A stretch of DNA of 64,000 nucleotides from positions 16,683 through 80,682 of IMG/VR virus record IMGVR_UViG_3300032233_003207, one strand, 5' to 3'. The DNA is from a virus (taxonomy: Duplodnaviria; Caudoviricetes). Shown one piece after another: positions 20,401 through 31,300 of this stretch (position 1 is the stretch's first letter; each line of letters starts with the position of its first letter). A model generated the notes under the pieces. It made no database searches. It was given only the letters and a program-made list of their open reading frames with translations, and was not told where the DNA came from. A program made the translations under genes and the position numbers.

Positions 20401-21563
20401 CAGTGTATAGAATCAAATCCCCAAGGAGACCCATTATATACTCCTGTATCTTTTAAGAGTTCATAATTTCCAGATATTCTACCGTAGGAATCAACAGTTT
20501 TTTCTGCAAAATTAGAACCACTTATAGACCCTGTAATTTGTAATATTTTATTTACAGGCTGTTGTGGTAATTGATTATTTGCAATATTATCTATTCTTTT
20601 TCTATTAATTGTTTTATTTTCATCTCCAGCAATTTGACCCAATATAAAATCATTTTTTGAATCAGTTGGATCATTATTATTGCTTTTATCTTGATAGATA
20701 AATGAATCAGTATTTTGTTGTAAAAAATTACCTAATACTACAATATCTACTTTCCCACCAGTACCTTCATTAATAATTGTCTTTGAACCATCAGCATTAG
20801 TAATTGTTTCAGTTCCATCTCTAGTCATTAATGGATCACCTGGCTCTATTACTGCTGCATCTATAACGCCTGTAGTAGCTAAAGCAATATTTTGATAACC
20901 TAAAACTGTACCTACACTAGAACCACTAAATGTTGATAATACACGACTTCTAAAAGATGCATCTGATTCTTGGTCAGTTCCACCAATAAAAGAGTTTATA
21001 TTTGTTACATTAGATATTCCTGGAATATTTGTTCTTTTCAGTGTAAATTTTCCAATATTACCAACTGTCCCAGATGTAGAAGAAATTACTGTAACTTCAA
21101 ATGCTAATGTGTCTGAAATTCCAACTGAATATAATTCATTTCTATATTTGGCTGCAACTGATTTATAATAATTAATTGATGCTGGAAGTATAGAAACCCC
21201 ATTGACAACACTAAAGGTCAATCCACTATTAGATGTAATAGTGTCTCCTTTATTAACATTTATAGGTGAATTTAAAGAAGAAAAGGTCAATAATGCTACG
21301 CCAGTAGATTTATTAGATTGTTGTCGTGCAACTCCGAAATTTTTTGCTAATTTATCTAAATCAGTACCAGATACTAGTCTTAATGACTGTTTATTTGCTA
21401 CTCCTGCCAATTCATCATACAATAATGCAATTTGACTAGCTGGAGCATCAATAAATAAATCTCTAGACACAGTTCCTGGTTTAGTATCTAAATCAGGCTG
21501 TGTAAGCTTAAAAAAATCTATTAAATTTAATATTATTTCATTGACGCTTCTAATAGAGACCAT
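17472..21563 (-). CDS. Baseplate J-like wedge protein (P2 gpJ/T4 gp6-like) with large internal insertion
   Basis: DLDKLAKNFGVARQ, STGVALLTF and GTVGNI...GGTDQESDASFRSR are hallmark gpJ motifs. The C-terminal gpJ-like domain (PILIDLTMNI...GVSGVARARV) lies ~1000 aa later. Confidence 0.82.
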   Translation of the reverse strand: MVSIRSVNEIILNLIDFFKLTQPDLDTKPGTVSRDLFIDAPASQIALLYDELAGVANKQSLRLVSGTDLDKLAKNFGVARQQSNKSTGVALLTFSSLNSPINVNKGDTITSNSGLTFSVVNGVSILPASINYYKSVAAKYRNELYSVGISDTLAFEVTVISSTSGTVGNIGKFTLKRTNIPGISNVTNINSFIGGTDQESDASFRSRVLSTFSGSSVGTVLGYQNIALATTGVIDAAVIEPGDPLMTRDGTETITNADGSKTIINEGTGGKVDIVVLGNFLQQNTDSFIYQDKSNNNDPTDSKNDFILGQIAGDENKTINRKRIDNIANNQLPQQPVNKILQITGSISGSNFAEKTVDSYGRISGNYELLKDTGVYNGSPWGFDSIHWVSDRISLFQDERVKGQNNGQDPTSFTGLLEIPKAQQIIPIVNEDSEVTSDRSIIKLLHTPASNVTRVFNVNTGERYIVVSQNLDSTSGLNTSGRIKISGNTLPVQTDVLQVDYNWTVEYDQYSDYDGLKNTSNIRNVVDSIDWGFSSKVKNEYILFKLDATNNFYVGNAIHPISTVVSANQFEEADAIVSIVTSGIFTGRLSIKLERLPAIIDTIDSVKLKHSDTEVYFTAQQDGTFTNSSEVVGVNLVYSTSIVLPIDTPANVGDKLTVRFNSKDVYHQNNSVGNSSGTQINIPSSQVDSTANTVGLLVSYIANTNQLYSSAISSLPASRSGNGYLLSNNLGFNNVNISNISKREFQSVKLNTSNQLYIDLNISSQDYSLDQSQILSLVRLSDGYELWNSDYPGTIINGDNGNYQLILSGYNSPTTLDKVLAIYYATDKSRFQPFTYQNKLIKYRIDQVNKNSLNQKLFIKLNNFESQTGLSFSVLEPNTDSELFAVNDGYIVENGSSAIIGSMSVDFSTLLDINNKKIKIYDSSSINNGIYDIVSYNLSNNTIVINNSLNSINKNQICIIRLLDGKEIWNSNGLIDIDNNQLILPSDILAEENDLAFILYYEYINLKQSTPRISSILTDQVINSGTITVSGTSITKVANAVFTATNTGLKLNLSEAVRKSLGLSSNASIPSNIKLVRISKLEKVTTINNSSDEILSILNEYDLKNTKLQENSFYLEDFIADSSLQNLEFVLPSTNNNTSTTDSQNLPKLGDRLRVTFYYTTENDSENLSYTKNGTLYSNKKFILFNKIFVNSGFKSSLSSRLTFNTINQPNIGARYTVFYDYLAPKPNERISIEYNYNKIISDVTFNVENSRPINADVLVRQAKPILIDLTMNIVISESSLGVSNTVIQSVKDQLSTALNSNTLAAVIDQITLINIAQGVSGVARARVVYLNKTGVTGQVLTLTAQKDEYFVSNNVIVNTETR

Positions 21564-21588
21564 ATTTATTTCCTACATATATTATATA

Positions 21589-22020
21589 TTATAACGTAGA
21601 TACTCTAAAAGCTGTTGTAATTGGCTTAAATCCTTTACTTACAGCTTTAATTTTTACTTCAAATAATCTTGGATCATTTGGGTTTCTTGTAACTAATATA
21701 TCTAAAATTGCGCCAAGTTGTTCGTCAGCACTAACTCTTTGCAGACTTTTCATCTGTAAATCTTGTAATTTTTTTAAATTTTCTAAAGCAGAATTTAATT
21801 GTGATTTAGAAATTTGAATTAAAACATTTGTATCTGTTGCACTTCCGACTATACTTCTTGACAAAAAAGAGCCATACCATGGATGTAATGGATTTGTTCC
21901 AGCTGTAGTTAAGCAAAGTTTTAATATATCTTGAATAAGTTTTTCGCTATCTACAACTTTCTTTAAATCACCATTATCAATGGCAATATCTCCTCTATTT
22001 ATTTTGATATCGAACGACAT
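21589..22020 (-). CDS. gp25-like baseplate wedge/sheath-initiator protein
   Basis: 143 aa immediately before the gpJ-like gene, with DIKINRGDIAIDNGDL, KLIQDILKLCLT and NPLHPWYGS pattern typical of gp25/gpW-like proteins. Confidence 0.75.
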   Translation of the reverse strand: MSFDIKINRGDIAIDNGDLKKVVDSEKLIQDILKLCLTTAGTNPLHPWYGSFLSRSIVGSATDTNVLIQISKSQLNSALENLKKLQDLQMKSLQRVSADEQLGAILDILVTRNPNDPRLFEVKIKAVSKGFKPITTAFRVSTL

Positions 22021-22052
22021 TTTTACCTTATATAATGTCGAATTATTAGATA

Positions 22053-23768
22053 TTATTGATTTTTATTAAGATTAATATAATCTTTAATTATTTTATCCAT
22101 AAGATCATAAAAAACCTTAACATTTGTTGTTAAATCTTTTAAAGCAACATCAATTGTTGGTTTTTTATCGGGTAATTGACCAGATAATCTACTAAATTTC
22201 TTAGCCCTTGCAAAGGCATCGTCATCTAAAAATCCTAAAAGGCTTTCTTTAGGCATTATATATAGTGCCCCTAAAATAGCAAAAACGTCACATAAACCAA
22301 ATCCGCTAAATTCTCCCATAATAATTTCAATTTTTTTCAAATAAGCACTAATTTTATTTAAATCACTGTTTCTAATTTCAGATAGTTTATTTTTTTGTTT
22401 TAAAGCTGTGTTTTCAAATCCATCAGAAGTTTCAAAAACATTTTCAACCTTTGAAAAACTATAGCTAGAAACATCAGGAGAGCTTGATTTGAGTAGTTCT
22501 ATATTAAAATTTTTTAAATCAGAAAGTAATGTAGATTTAATAATTTCTTTATCTTTATCTGTTGTAAGGTATGATAAATCTTTATCTATAAAAATACCCC
22601 TAAATACATCTCTAACGCCACATCCAAACTCTGGACCATTTGTATTTGGTATTGGTAAACAATAATAATTACTCTGAATTGATTTAACGCCTTTAATAGC
22701 TGTATCCAATTCTATTGCCATAGCTCTTATTATATTTATATGATAAATAAATCTTTGTTTTTCCTCGTATCCATATAAATTTCCAGAAGAAATATCATTT
22801 AATATTTTTTCATCTTTAATTGATTCTATTTTTTTAATAGCATCAAGAGTTGACTGTAAATAATCTCCCGAATTAGCCGCTTGATTTCCATTATTAAATC
22901 TGTTTATAATAATTAATTCTATATAAGGTCTTTTAGTATAAAAATTTTCATTTACTTTTAAAAAAGAATCATCTGGCAAAAATGGAATTGCAATTTTCTT
23001 TTCTGCTGGACAGGTAATATCTATTCTAGGATCTACAATAAATGGTTTAATAATATGAAATCTTTGCCGAAGTACTTCTTTTATAAATTTTTCTTTTGGC
23101 TTATTATTAAGCTCATCTACATAATTTGAAAAATCTACATTGCTATTTTTGCCAACTATAGATTTTGTATCTATTTTATAAGAAAGGTCAGATAATGAAA
23201 AATCTTTAGGATCAATATTTTTTAAACAATCAGAAAAATTTCTTAAATTTACAGAAGACAATGCAAGAACTCCTGCTTCAACTGAATTGTTATTAAAAAA
23301 TGAATTTAATATAGTATTATAATAACTTTCTCTAATAAGTGATAGGTTAAGAAATCCATCTAACTGATCATTAGCAATATTTGCTTTTTTTTGGGATGTT
23401 ATCTCTTTTTTTTCTTGATCTTTAGCATAGTAAATATCATGTCCTGGGTTATAAATTCCTTTACTTTTAGAAACTACTGGAAATCCAATGATTCTATAAA
23501 ATGCATGACATCTACTTTCTTGAGCAGAAGTTTCAGGTTTTAATTGTTTTTCTTTATCAGAATCATTATTTAAATTTATACCATTTTCACCATTAAAATT
23601 ATTTTCAGTAAATTTAGTTAATTTACTTTGATTTTCAATAATATTAATATTACTTCTTATATTATTTATTCCTAAACCATTATCTGGATAGAAAAAATCT
23701 CTATAAATTTTTTCTATATTTAATTTTATATTTTGTGTATTTTTTGAAATAACACTTTTCTCTGTCAT
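22053..23768 (-). CDS. Hypothetical protein in baseplate cluster
   Basis: 571-aa ORF with no recognised motif; translationally coupled to the upstream gene. Confidence 0.55.
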   Translation of the reverse strand: MTEKSVISKNTQNIKLNIEKIYRDFFYPDNGLGINNIRSNINIIENQSKLTKFTENNFNGENGINLNNDSDKEKQLKPETSAQESRCHAFYRIIGFPVVSKSKGIYNPGHDIYYAKDQEKKEITSQKKANIANDQLDGFLNLSLIRESYYNTILNSFFNNNSVEAGVLALSSVNLRNFSDCLKNIDPKDFSLSDLSYKIDTKSIVGKNSNVDFSNYVDELNNKPKEKFIKEVLRQRFHIIKPFIVDPRIDITCPAEKKIAIPFLPDDSFLKVNENFYTKRPYIELIIINRFNNGNQAANSGDYLQSTLDAIKKIESIKDEKILNDISSGNLYGYEEKQRFIYHINIIRAMAIELDTAIKGVKSIQSNYYCLPIPNTNGPEFGCGVRDVFRGIFIDKDLSYLTTDKDKEIIKSTLLSDLKNFNIELLKSSSPDVSSYSFSKVENVFETSDGFENTALKQKNKLSEIRNSDLNKISAYLKKIEIIMGEFSGFGLCDVFAILGALYIMPKESLLGFLDDDAFARAKKFSRLSGQLPDKKPTIDVALKDLTTNVKVFYDLMDKIIKDYINLNKNQ

Positions 23769-25864
23769 TAGATGCCATCCTTATTTTCATCAGAAATATA
23801 ATCTCTTCTTGGCTGGACTCCATCAGAAGTATCTACCTCTGCAACAGGCACAACTACTGGACTATAGACAAATTCATAATTAATTTCTTGTAAATCTCTT
23901 GTTGGTTGAATATTTATATCTGCAGGAATATTATTAGTACAGAAAATGTTATTATCAAATGAAATCATTAAAGTGCCTTTGCCAGGATTACTGCTAGTAA
24001 TATTGGCATTAAATGCATTTACGCCATCATATGTAAATTTACTCACTTCACCAAAAGTAGTATGAGCTTTTAATTTACTAATTAAACAATCAGCTACATC
24101 ACTAGATAGCCCAGATGTTAGATTTGCTCCATTCCTATCTTTGATACTTACTGTAATTTTTATTAATTGAGTAGTGAATTGTACAGATGGACTAATTGTA
24201 AAACTGCTCTTGCAAGGATCAAATCCAACTGTAATAAGCTCACATAATGCTGTTACACATTCATTTTCTAATTTAGATAAACATAAATTAGATGTTGATG
24301 CAAACTCTGCAAGACCATCTAATGATATGTTATTTCTTAATGTATCAACAGATGCTATTAAGCAGTCTGCGGCTCCATTTGTATCTGGTAAGGGAATAGA
24401 GTTTGCTATTTGTAATTTTAAAGAAATATCAGCGGCAAATGCATTATTAACAAATGTCTTTGCGAAAGATAATTCTGGACTACAACTTGCAGTAATTAAA
24501 TTTTTATTTAATAAAGCTGTTATGTTGGGCTTGAAAGTATATTCAATATTTTCAAATAAATAACCATCAGTAGGAGCTAATACTGGATTATTTGATACAT
24601 GATCTTGTTGATGTAAAAATGAGTTCAAACCATATTTAAAATCAGGTATTAAAGTTTTTCCGTCGTCTTCATATGCTGTTCCTCCTGATAAATTTAGAAC
24701 ACCACTTGTAAAAAAATGAAGTACATTATTATAGTCTTTATAATAAGATCGTGTTGGATACAATACAATACAATCTTTAATCCTTATATACCTGGATGCC
24801 CCCGTTCGACCCCAAGCATTTGGATTATAAAACAATCTTAAATTTACTGTATATGCAGCCTGTTGAGGATCTGTATTTTCAGAATATACTGTATCAGTTG
24901 GGAAAAATACTGGTTTTTTTGTCATTTCTTCTGTAAGAGTAACATCAAAAGCATCGACAATATTAATAAATTTCTGCTCTATTAATTGTTGTGAATCATA
25001 TAGTTGCCAACTTTCATTTCTAACAACTGTTTCTAATGTTTTAATTCCAATATTAGTTGTTTCAATTACTTTATTTAAGTATTGAAATGTACCAGTATTT
25101 CTAGTATATGGATTTTTAACTATTGCAGGACATACATCTGGTGTACAGCAGTCGTTACCATCATCACATGGAGGTAAAGCAAATGCTAAACTAAGCATTT
25201 CTTTAATTATATCAAAGATAGCGGTAAATATAGAAAATATTACAAATATATTTTGAAAAACACATAAAGTGTCTCCAATTTTTTTTATAATAGCTAGTGT
25301 TGCCTTTTCATCTCCGAAAGCTGCAGCATTTCCAAGCATTTTAAAGTTTTTTATCAATAATTTTATTAATTTTTTAATTTGGTCTTTAACATATTTTATT
25401 ATTGACAATAATAAACCAAGTAGTGATATTAAAACTAATATTAATGCTAAAACTGGAAATAAATTTAAAAATTGAGGAATACAATCTCTAAATAATTTAG
25501 TCAATGCTTTAACTAATTTAATTGGGTTTGGAATTGCACATAATACTTCAATAATACAAATAACTAAATTAAGTAATGGTAAAATTAATTTATAGAGCAT
25601 TAAATATGGAGAAATTTTCTCCATTATGCTCATAACTCCGTCCAACAAATCTTTAGTGTAATTATAACTAGGATGAGGCTTTAAAGTTCCTGGAGGCATT
25701 ATAAGTTGAACATTTTGAAAAATTTCAATTAAATCTTCAGGAAAACCTTCAGCTGCTTCATTTAAATTTGGAGTCTTTAGTGGAAAAGGCACTCCAAATC
25801 CAGGCATCGGAGGAATTGTTGGCGCATCTGGAATTTCCAGGGATATTGGGTCACAAGGGCACAT
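23768..25864 (-). CDS. Hypothetical virion protein (Pro-rich N-terminus, long hydrophobic helices, C-terminal invasin/Ig-like domain)
   Basis: Hydrophobic LILPLLNLVICIIEVLC and LFPVLALILVLISLLGLLLSII segments. The C-terminal ITVSIKDRNGANL...FGEVSKFTYDG...NITSSNPGKGTLMISFD resembles a Big_1/invasin repeat. Confidence 0.5.
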   Translation of the reverse strand: MCPCDPISLEIPDAPTIPPMPGFGVPFPLKTPNLNEAAEGFPEDLIEIFQNVQLIMPPGTLKPHPSYNYTKDLLDGVMSIMEKISPYLMLYKLILPLLNLVICIIEVLCAIPNPIKLVKALTKLFRDCIPQFLNLFPVLALILVLISLLGLLLSIIKYVKDQIKKLIKLLIKNFKMLGNAAAFGDEKATLAIIKKIGDTLCVFQNIFVIFSIFTAIFDIIKEMLSLAFALPPCDDGNDCCTPDVCPAIVKNPYTRNTGTFQYLNKVIETTNIGIKTLETVVRNESWQLYDSQQLIEQKFINIVDAFDVTLTEEMTKKPVFFPTDTVYSENTDPQQAAYTVNLRLFYNPNAWGRTGASRYIRIKDCIVLYPTRSYYKDYNNVLHFFTSGVLNLSGGTAYEDDGKTLIPDFKYGLNSFLHQQDHVSNNPVLAPTDGYLFENIEYTFKPNITALLNKNLITASCSPELSFAKTFVNNAFAADISLKLQIANSIPLPDTNGAADCLIASVDTLRNNISLDGLAEFASTSNLCLSKLENECVTALCELITVGFDPCKSSFTISPSVQFTTQLIKITVSIKDRNGANLTSGLSSDVADCLISKLKAHTTFGEVSKFTYDGVNAFNANITSSNPGKGTLMISFDNNIFCTNNIPADINIQPTRDLQEINYEFVYSPVVVPVAEVDTSDGVQPRRDYISDENKDGI

Positions 25865-25884
25865 AGTATTATTTATATATCAGG

Positions 25885-26241
25885 TTATTTTATTTCTCCA
25901 GGAATTTCAGATTCTAATGGTCCTACTGCGCCATCATCTAATTGTAAATTTTCTTCAATTTCTTCAATAAAACTATCTGTTAAACTTTCTATTATTGAAT
26001 TAATTTTTTCAGAATCTACACTTTCTAAATTATGATATTTAATCACATTTCCAGCTAAATTCCATAAGCCATTATAAACATCATCTTTTAATTGATCATA
26101 ATTGTATTTTTCTAAACTATCTTCTGGCATAGACCCAATTGTATAAAAAATTGCAGTAGATAATTTATTTAATCCTTGATCTTTAGCCTCTTGAGCTTGC
26201 AATAATAATTTGTTATAAGCAATTTTATTAAATTTTTTCAT
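25885..26241 (-). CDS. Small acidic hypothetical protein downstream of spike
   Basis: Likely start MKKFNK at 26241 preceded by AAGG; the track start at 26301 overlaps the spike gene. Confidence 0.55.
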   Translation of the reverse strand: MKKFNKIAYNKLLLQAQEAKDQGLNKLSTAIFYTIGSMPEDSLEKYNYDQLKDDVYNGLWNLAGNVIKYHNLESVDSEKINSIIESLTDSFIEEIEENLQLDDGAVGPLESEIPGEIK

Positions 26242-26249
26242 AATATACC

Positions 26250-28367
26250 TTATATGTGACCACCAAATATTTTTTGAACGCCTCTGCCTTGAATAGTACA
26301 ATTTTCAACATCAATATCTAATGATGCGCCTTTAAATTTTATATCACCACGAGCATATATATTTAAATTACCAGGTGTAGTTAAAGTTACTCCATTATCG
26401 TCTATCCGTAACATAGTTATATTTTTACCGCTATCAAAAACTCTTAAATCTAAAACTGCGCCAATTTGATCATTATTTTTAGTTACAAATCTACTATCGC
26501 CTTCTACTCCAAATCCGCCTATTTGAAAATATACGTTTCCATTCATAGATATTGCTGCACTTGCATTATTGTTATCTCTTCCAATATTTGCAATAATACC
26601 GCCAGCAGTATCTAACCATAATGATTGACGGTCTACTGTATTAGCTCCAATGTTCATTTCAATAGAACCATCAAAATTTATAGAACCGCTTCTACCGCCA
26701 GCATTTGCATTTTCACCTGATATTTGAATTGTATCACTACAAACAGAATCAATTAACGGAACATTGCTAATCATGTAATTAATAAATTCTTCATCTATAA
26801 TATATTTAAAAAAATTAGATGAGCTAGAAAAAGGATTGGACGGTTTAGCATTTGTAGAAGAGTGTGCATAACAAGTACTTAAAATATCATGGTAAGCTGT
26901 TCCATGTTTTATATGCACGCCTTCAAATCTTCTATCTTGTAATGCAATAACGGTATCACCATCTTTTACAGTAATAGAGCCAGGAGAATTAGTAAAACTT
27001 TTACCTAAATTTAATTTAGGTCTAGCAAAAGAGTCATGTACAATATCTAATAAATCTTTTCTATAAATTAATTCATTAGGACTTTGTTCATCTGTTTCAG
27101 CCGCATCAATAGTTGAATAATTTTCATATCTAGTTAATAAAGGTATATTTCCTGTTTCACTAGAAGCTGGTACATTCAATTTAAATTGACCTTCTTTGTC
27201 TATATCTATAAAAAATCTACTACGATTCCTTCCGTAATCAGAATTTGGGAATGTTTCATCATATCCAAATAGATCTGAAAAATCACCTAACTTATTATTT
27301 TTTATTTTTAAATCTTTTCTTGCATTTATCTCAAAATGATAAGCAATACTTTTTCTTTGAAGCTCTCTAATTTTTAAATATGACTCTGATAAATTTTTAC
27401 TAATTTTTGTATTTAATGTATTTTCATTTTCACCAATTGGTAAAGGATATCTATTTATATCTAAAATATTTCCAAAGATATCTACCACAGTTCCTTTAAC
27501 TGTCTCTATTAAATAATTAGGATATGTTAAAGTTAAACCAAGCGTATCTGCTTTGCTTTTTCTTCTATTAATTTCAATTATAGAAGAATCAACTAGACCA
27601 GAAGAAGAATAAATTGAAGATTCATCTAAATCATTTGTTATAGATGAATTATCTTGAAATTCATAAATAATTTCTCTATTTTCTACTAGTGGTGGATTTT
27701 TTTCTTTTCCTGATATCAAAGAATTTGGCGACAATGTAGGATCTAATGAAATAATTCTATAATTACTATCATAATCATCATCATTAATTCTATTATTTAA
27801 CGTCCAATCACTGTCTATAGCACTATCTCTACGTTCTCTTTTTATAAGACCTATAAAATTTCTAGAAGCTTGTGTAAAATAATTTACATCTTTAAATCTT
27901 GTAGATAAAAATTCATTTTGAGAATTAATATAAACATTATTAAATTTAGAACCTAAATAAATATCACTATTTTCTTGATTAAGTGTAATTCTAGCATTGT
28001 CATTTGCATATAGTAATAACTCATTAGGCTTTAATGATGGAATTTGGGTTCTATTTTCTGGCAAAAATGAAACAAATCGATAAGTATGTGGAGCCTCTAC
28101 TCCTACTACAACCGGAGTTCCTTCTACAGGAGGCGCTCCAATAAATAATCCAGCACTATCTGGACTAAACTGATTGCTAAATGTTAATGGATAGCTAACT
28201 TCTATTTCTTGGTCAAGAACAGAGGTTGTTTTATCTCCTGAGTAATATGGTGATCCTGTTAATTTTACTTTCATACGATTTGTATTAAAATCGTATTTAG
28301 TAATTGCTCCAGTTCTTAAACTTCCGAACGGAGGGTCAAAAATTTGAGGATCTGTATTATATGGCAT
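26250..28367 (-). CDS. Baseplate central spike (gp5/gpV/VgrG C-terminal-like)
   Basis: N-terminal OB-fold-like GAITKYDFNTNRMKVKL...GAPPVEGTPVVVG and C-terminal short beta-repeat LRIDDNGVTLTTPGNLNIYARGDIKFKGASLDIDV; directly after the hub. Confidence 0.72.
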   Translation of the reverse strand: MPYNTDPQIFDPPFGSLRTGAITKYDFNTNRMKVKLTGSPYYSGDKTTSVLDQEIEVSYPLTFSNQFSPDSAGLFIGAPPVEGTPVVVGVEAPHTYRFVSFLPENRTQIPSLKPNELLLYANDNARITLNQENSDIYLGSKFNNVYINSQNEFLSTRFKDVNYFTQASRNFIGLIKRERRDSAIDSDWTLNNRINDDDYDSNYRIISLDPTLSPNSLISGKEKNPPLVENREIIYEFQDNSSITNDLDESSIYSSSGLVDSSIIEINRRKSKADTLGLTLTYPNYLIETVKGTVVDIFGNILDINRYPLPIGENENTLNTKISKNLSESYLKIRELQRKSIAYHFEINARKDLKIKNNKLGDFSDLFGYDETFPNSDYGRNRSRFFIDIDKEGQFKLNVPASSETGNIPLLTRYENYSTIDAAETDEQSPNELIYRKDLLDIVHDSFARPKLNLGKSFTNSPGSITVKDGDTVIALQDRRFEGVHIKHGTAYHDILSTCYAHSSTNAKPSNPFSSSSNFFKYIIDEEFINYMISNVPLIDSVCSDTIQISGENANAGGRSGSINFDGSIEMNIGANTVDRQSLWLDTAGGIIANIGRDNNNASAAISMNGNVYFQIGGFGVEGDSRFVTKNNDQIGAVLDLRVFDSGKNITMLRIDDNGVTLTTPGNLNIYARGDIKFKGASLDIDVENCTIQGRGVQKIFGGHI

Positions 28368-28369
28368 AA

Positions 28370-31300
28370 TTAACCGTTATTTTTAATTTTTTGATCAGGT
28401 GGAAGAGGTTTTACTTCAATCCAACAATCTACTATATATGAGAATAATGCATTGCGCAACTTATCTCTTTCTTTTTTAATTTTTTTAGGACTGTTAGTAT
28501 CAGAAGAGTTTTGCTGCTCAGAATCATTGGGGGCAGTAGATGAGCTTATTTCAGAACTATATTTTTGATTAATATTTCTAGTAAAATCCCAAGCTTTTTG
28601 AGATGGAGATCTATTATCTTTTTCTGATGAAATATCTACAGCTAAAACTGAAATAGATTTTGCTGGTAAAGGAGTGAATTTAGTTTGACCTATTTGCTTA
28701 AATTGTACAGCAGAATCTACTGGAAATTGTGATAAAATTGTTTTTATATAATTTGCAAAAGAATCTAATTTATCATTTACTTTACCTAATTTGCCATCAT
28801 AATAAATTCTTATTGCAACAGAAGCTTCTATATTATTTCCTATACTGCTATTTTTATTTACAATGTAAGCTGCTCTTTGAGATAACTCTAATATTGTTTT
28901 AGAATTTGATGGTCCATAAGATTGTCCATTTATTGATGATTCATTATTAAAATTGTCTGATGGTTGATTAGAATTTGGATCAAAAATTATACAGCCTATA
29001 TTGGTCTCATTAAATGAGCTAGTATGCCTTTCAACTCTAAACTCAGAAGCCTGACTATTATTATATAATAATTTACCTATAATATCTGATGTAGTAGGAA
29101 CGTACTCTCCTGGAGCACGACCATATGATAAATTTAAAGTTGTAGTAAAGTTGCTTCCTTCACCATAATTATGACTAACTGAAGTTACATAAAATAATAA
29201 CCCTCTGTTTTCTAAATAGACTACTTCTCCAGGTTGCATATATTCATTGCCAATAATTGTTACGTTTCCTCTTAATATATCCTTTCTAGCCATATTAAGC
29301 AAAGATACTGCATATGGAGCACATTGCACTTCAGGATTTGATAAAAATGGAGCTTTAACAGTAGCTGGCTCATGCCATCCATAATTTCTCCATAGATCAT
29401 AATCTATTGCAATTGCTGATACCATACCGTTACCACCTTGTGGAAAGCTTGCCAATCCTTGAGGTAGTCCACCAGGACTATATTGATTGAGTACTCCTTG
29501 TACTTCTACATAGGTATGTGATGGTGGATTTTCTTGTATTCTATAGCTTAAAATTTGACTATTTTTAATAATATATCTTTTTCCTGATCCTGGACCGTAA
29601 TCATCATAACTCTCATCCTCAATCATATGCTCAAACACTTCTGGAACTTCATTATTTCCATATGTTCCAGAAGTTAAAATATCATTTGCAACTGATTGAT
29701 CATTGTCTAATGATGAAAATTCTGCTGAATTTTTTAAAGTAGAATAAAATAATTTAATTACTTTATGTCTTTCTGATAATTTAGATGCTAAATCTTGAGT
29801 TATTTTAAATAAATCTATATATTTTGTATTAACTTTAATATTAGGAAAATTTTCTGCATTTTCTTTATTTATAAAAATATAACTATCTTTTCCTATTTTT
29901 TGTCCAGACTTATCTTCAATTCTACGAACTAATTGCTGTATATATGCATCAGACTTTTCATCTCTTGTTGAAAAATTTGAAATATTTATAAGTTGACCAT
30001 TTACTGTAGATTGTTTAGTTTGTAAATTTTTTGATATAGAATCAATAGTAGATTTAATAAAATTATATCTTTGATAATTACTAAATATATCTCTAGTATT
30101 ATTAGATTGTTCATCTATTACAGAAAATAATGGTGAAGATTTTGCATTAGGCATAGCTTGTGCTTTTAATGTGTCTAAATTTGCAATTACACCTGTACTA
30201 TCAGAAATAAATTTAAATGCTGTTCCTTGATTATCAAAACCAGAAAGGAAATTTTGAGCATCTGTATCATCAATTTTATCAATAAAAGCGCAATCTAATC
30301 TTATTTGATCTTCTATTATTTCTAATCTGTCTCTTAATGCAGATAATTTATTTTCAAACAAATTATTTAAAAAGTCAGGAAATACTTGTATTCCAAGAGT
30401 TTTCTTTTGGTACATCATTTTGTAAAAAATAGAACTTGGCATTCTATTATATTGTGGCATTCTAGCTCTAATATGACCTTGAGTATCACAGAAAACTTCT
30501 AAGTTTAATACTTGTGCTGCTGATAAAACTTTACTTTTAACATCCATATATTGATTATTATATAATCTAATAGACTCAAGCTCAGAGGTAAAAGCTCTGA
30601 TATCATAATCTTTATCATAAGAGTCATCTACAATAAACAAATTTTTATCTTCATTAGCTCTAACATTATATGACATTCTTCTAGTTATATAATTAAGCTG
30701 TCTTCTTAAACTTCTACGAGTTAATGGAGATGCCAGCTTTCCTTGTTCTGTTTTTGGATCAAGAAACTCATCAAAATCAAATGAAATATCATCTCCATTT
30801 TGTACAAAAAAAGATTTATTTTCATCTCTTAAATTTTTTAATAGTCCTTCAATTTCACTATTTAAACTTGTTAGTTTATTCGCAACTTTTACTTGATTTT
30901 CTTGGTTTACTTGTTTATTAAGAGCTTGAAGAGTGTCATCAGCAAAAGTTAATCCAGATATAGCTGCATCTAGTTGTAATTGAGTAAGCTCTTGTAATTT
31001 ACTTTCTAAATTTTTACTATTATTTATTATAGAATTTAATGCTATTTGTGCTCCAGCATAAGAAGATTCATTCATAATTAAATTTTTAAAAGGTATAAAA
31101 TTACCCCAAAGAGCATTAGATTTTTTTAAATCATCTCTTAAAAGAGCATAAAAAGATAATGAAGCATTTTGATTAGAATCTTTATCATTAGTAATCGCAT
31201 CTGCTCCATTAGTTGCTCTATAATAAGTAGCATAATTATATGGATATCCTGTAATTAATAAAGAAATTGCATTCATTACATCTTGTCCAGCAAATGGATC

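Noticed and set aside
25865-25884. T4-like late promoter TATAAATA upstream of the 698-aa gene
   Set aside because: Such AT-only words occur by chance at this composition and are not consistently placed before other late genes; a motif search over all intergenic regions would be needed.
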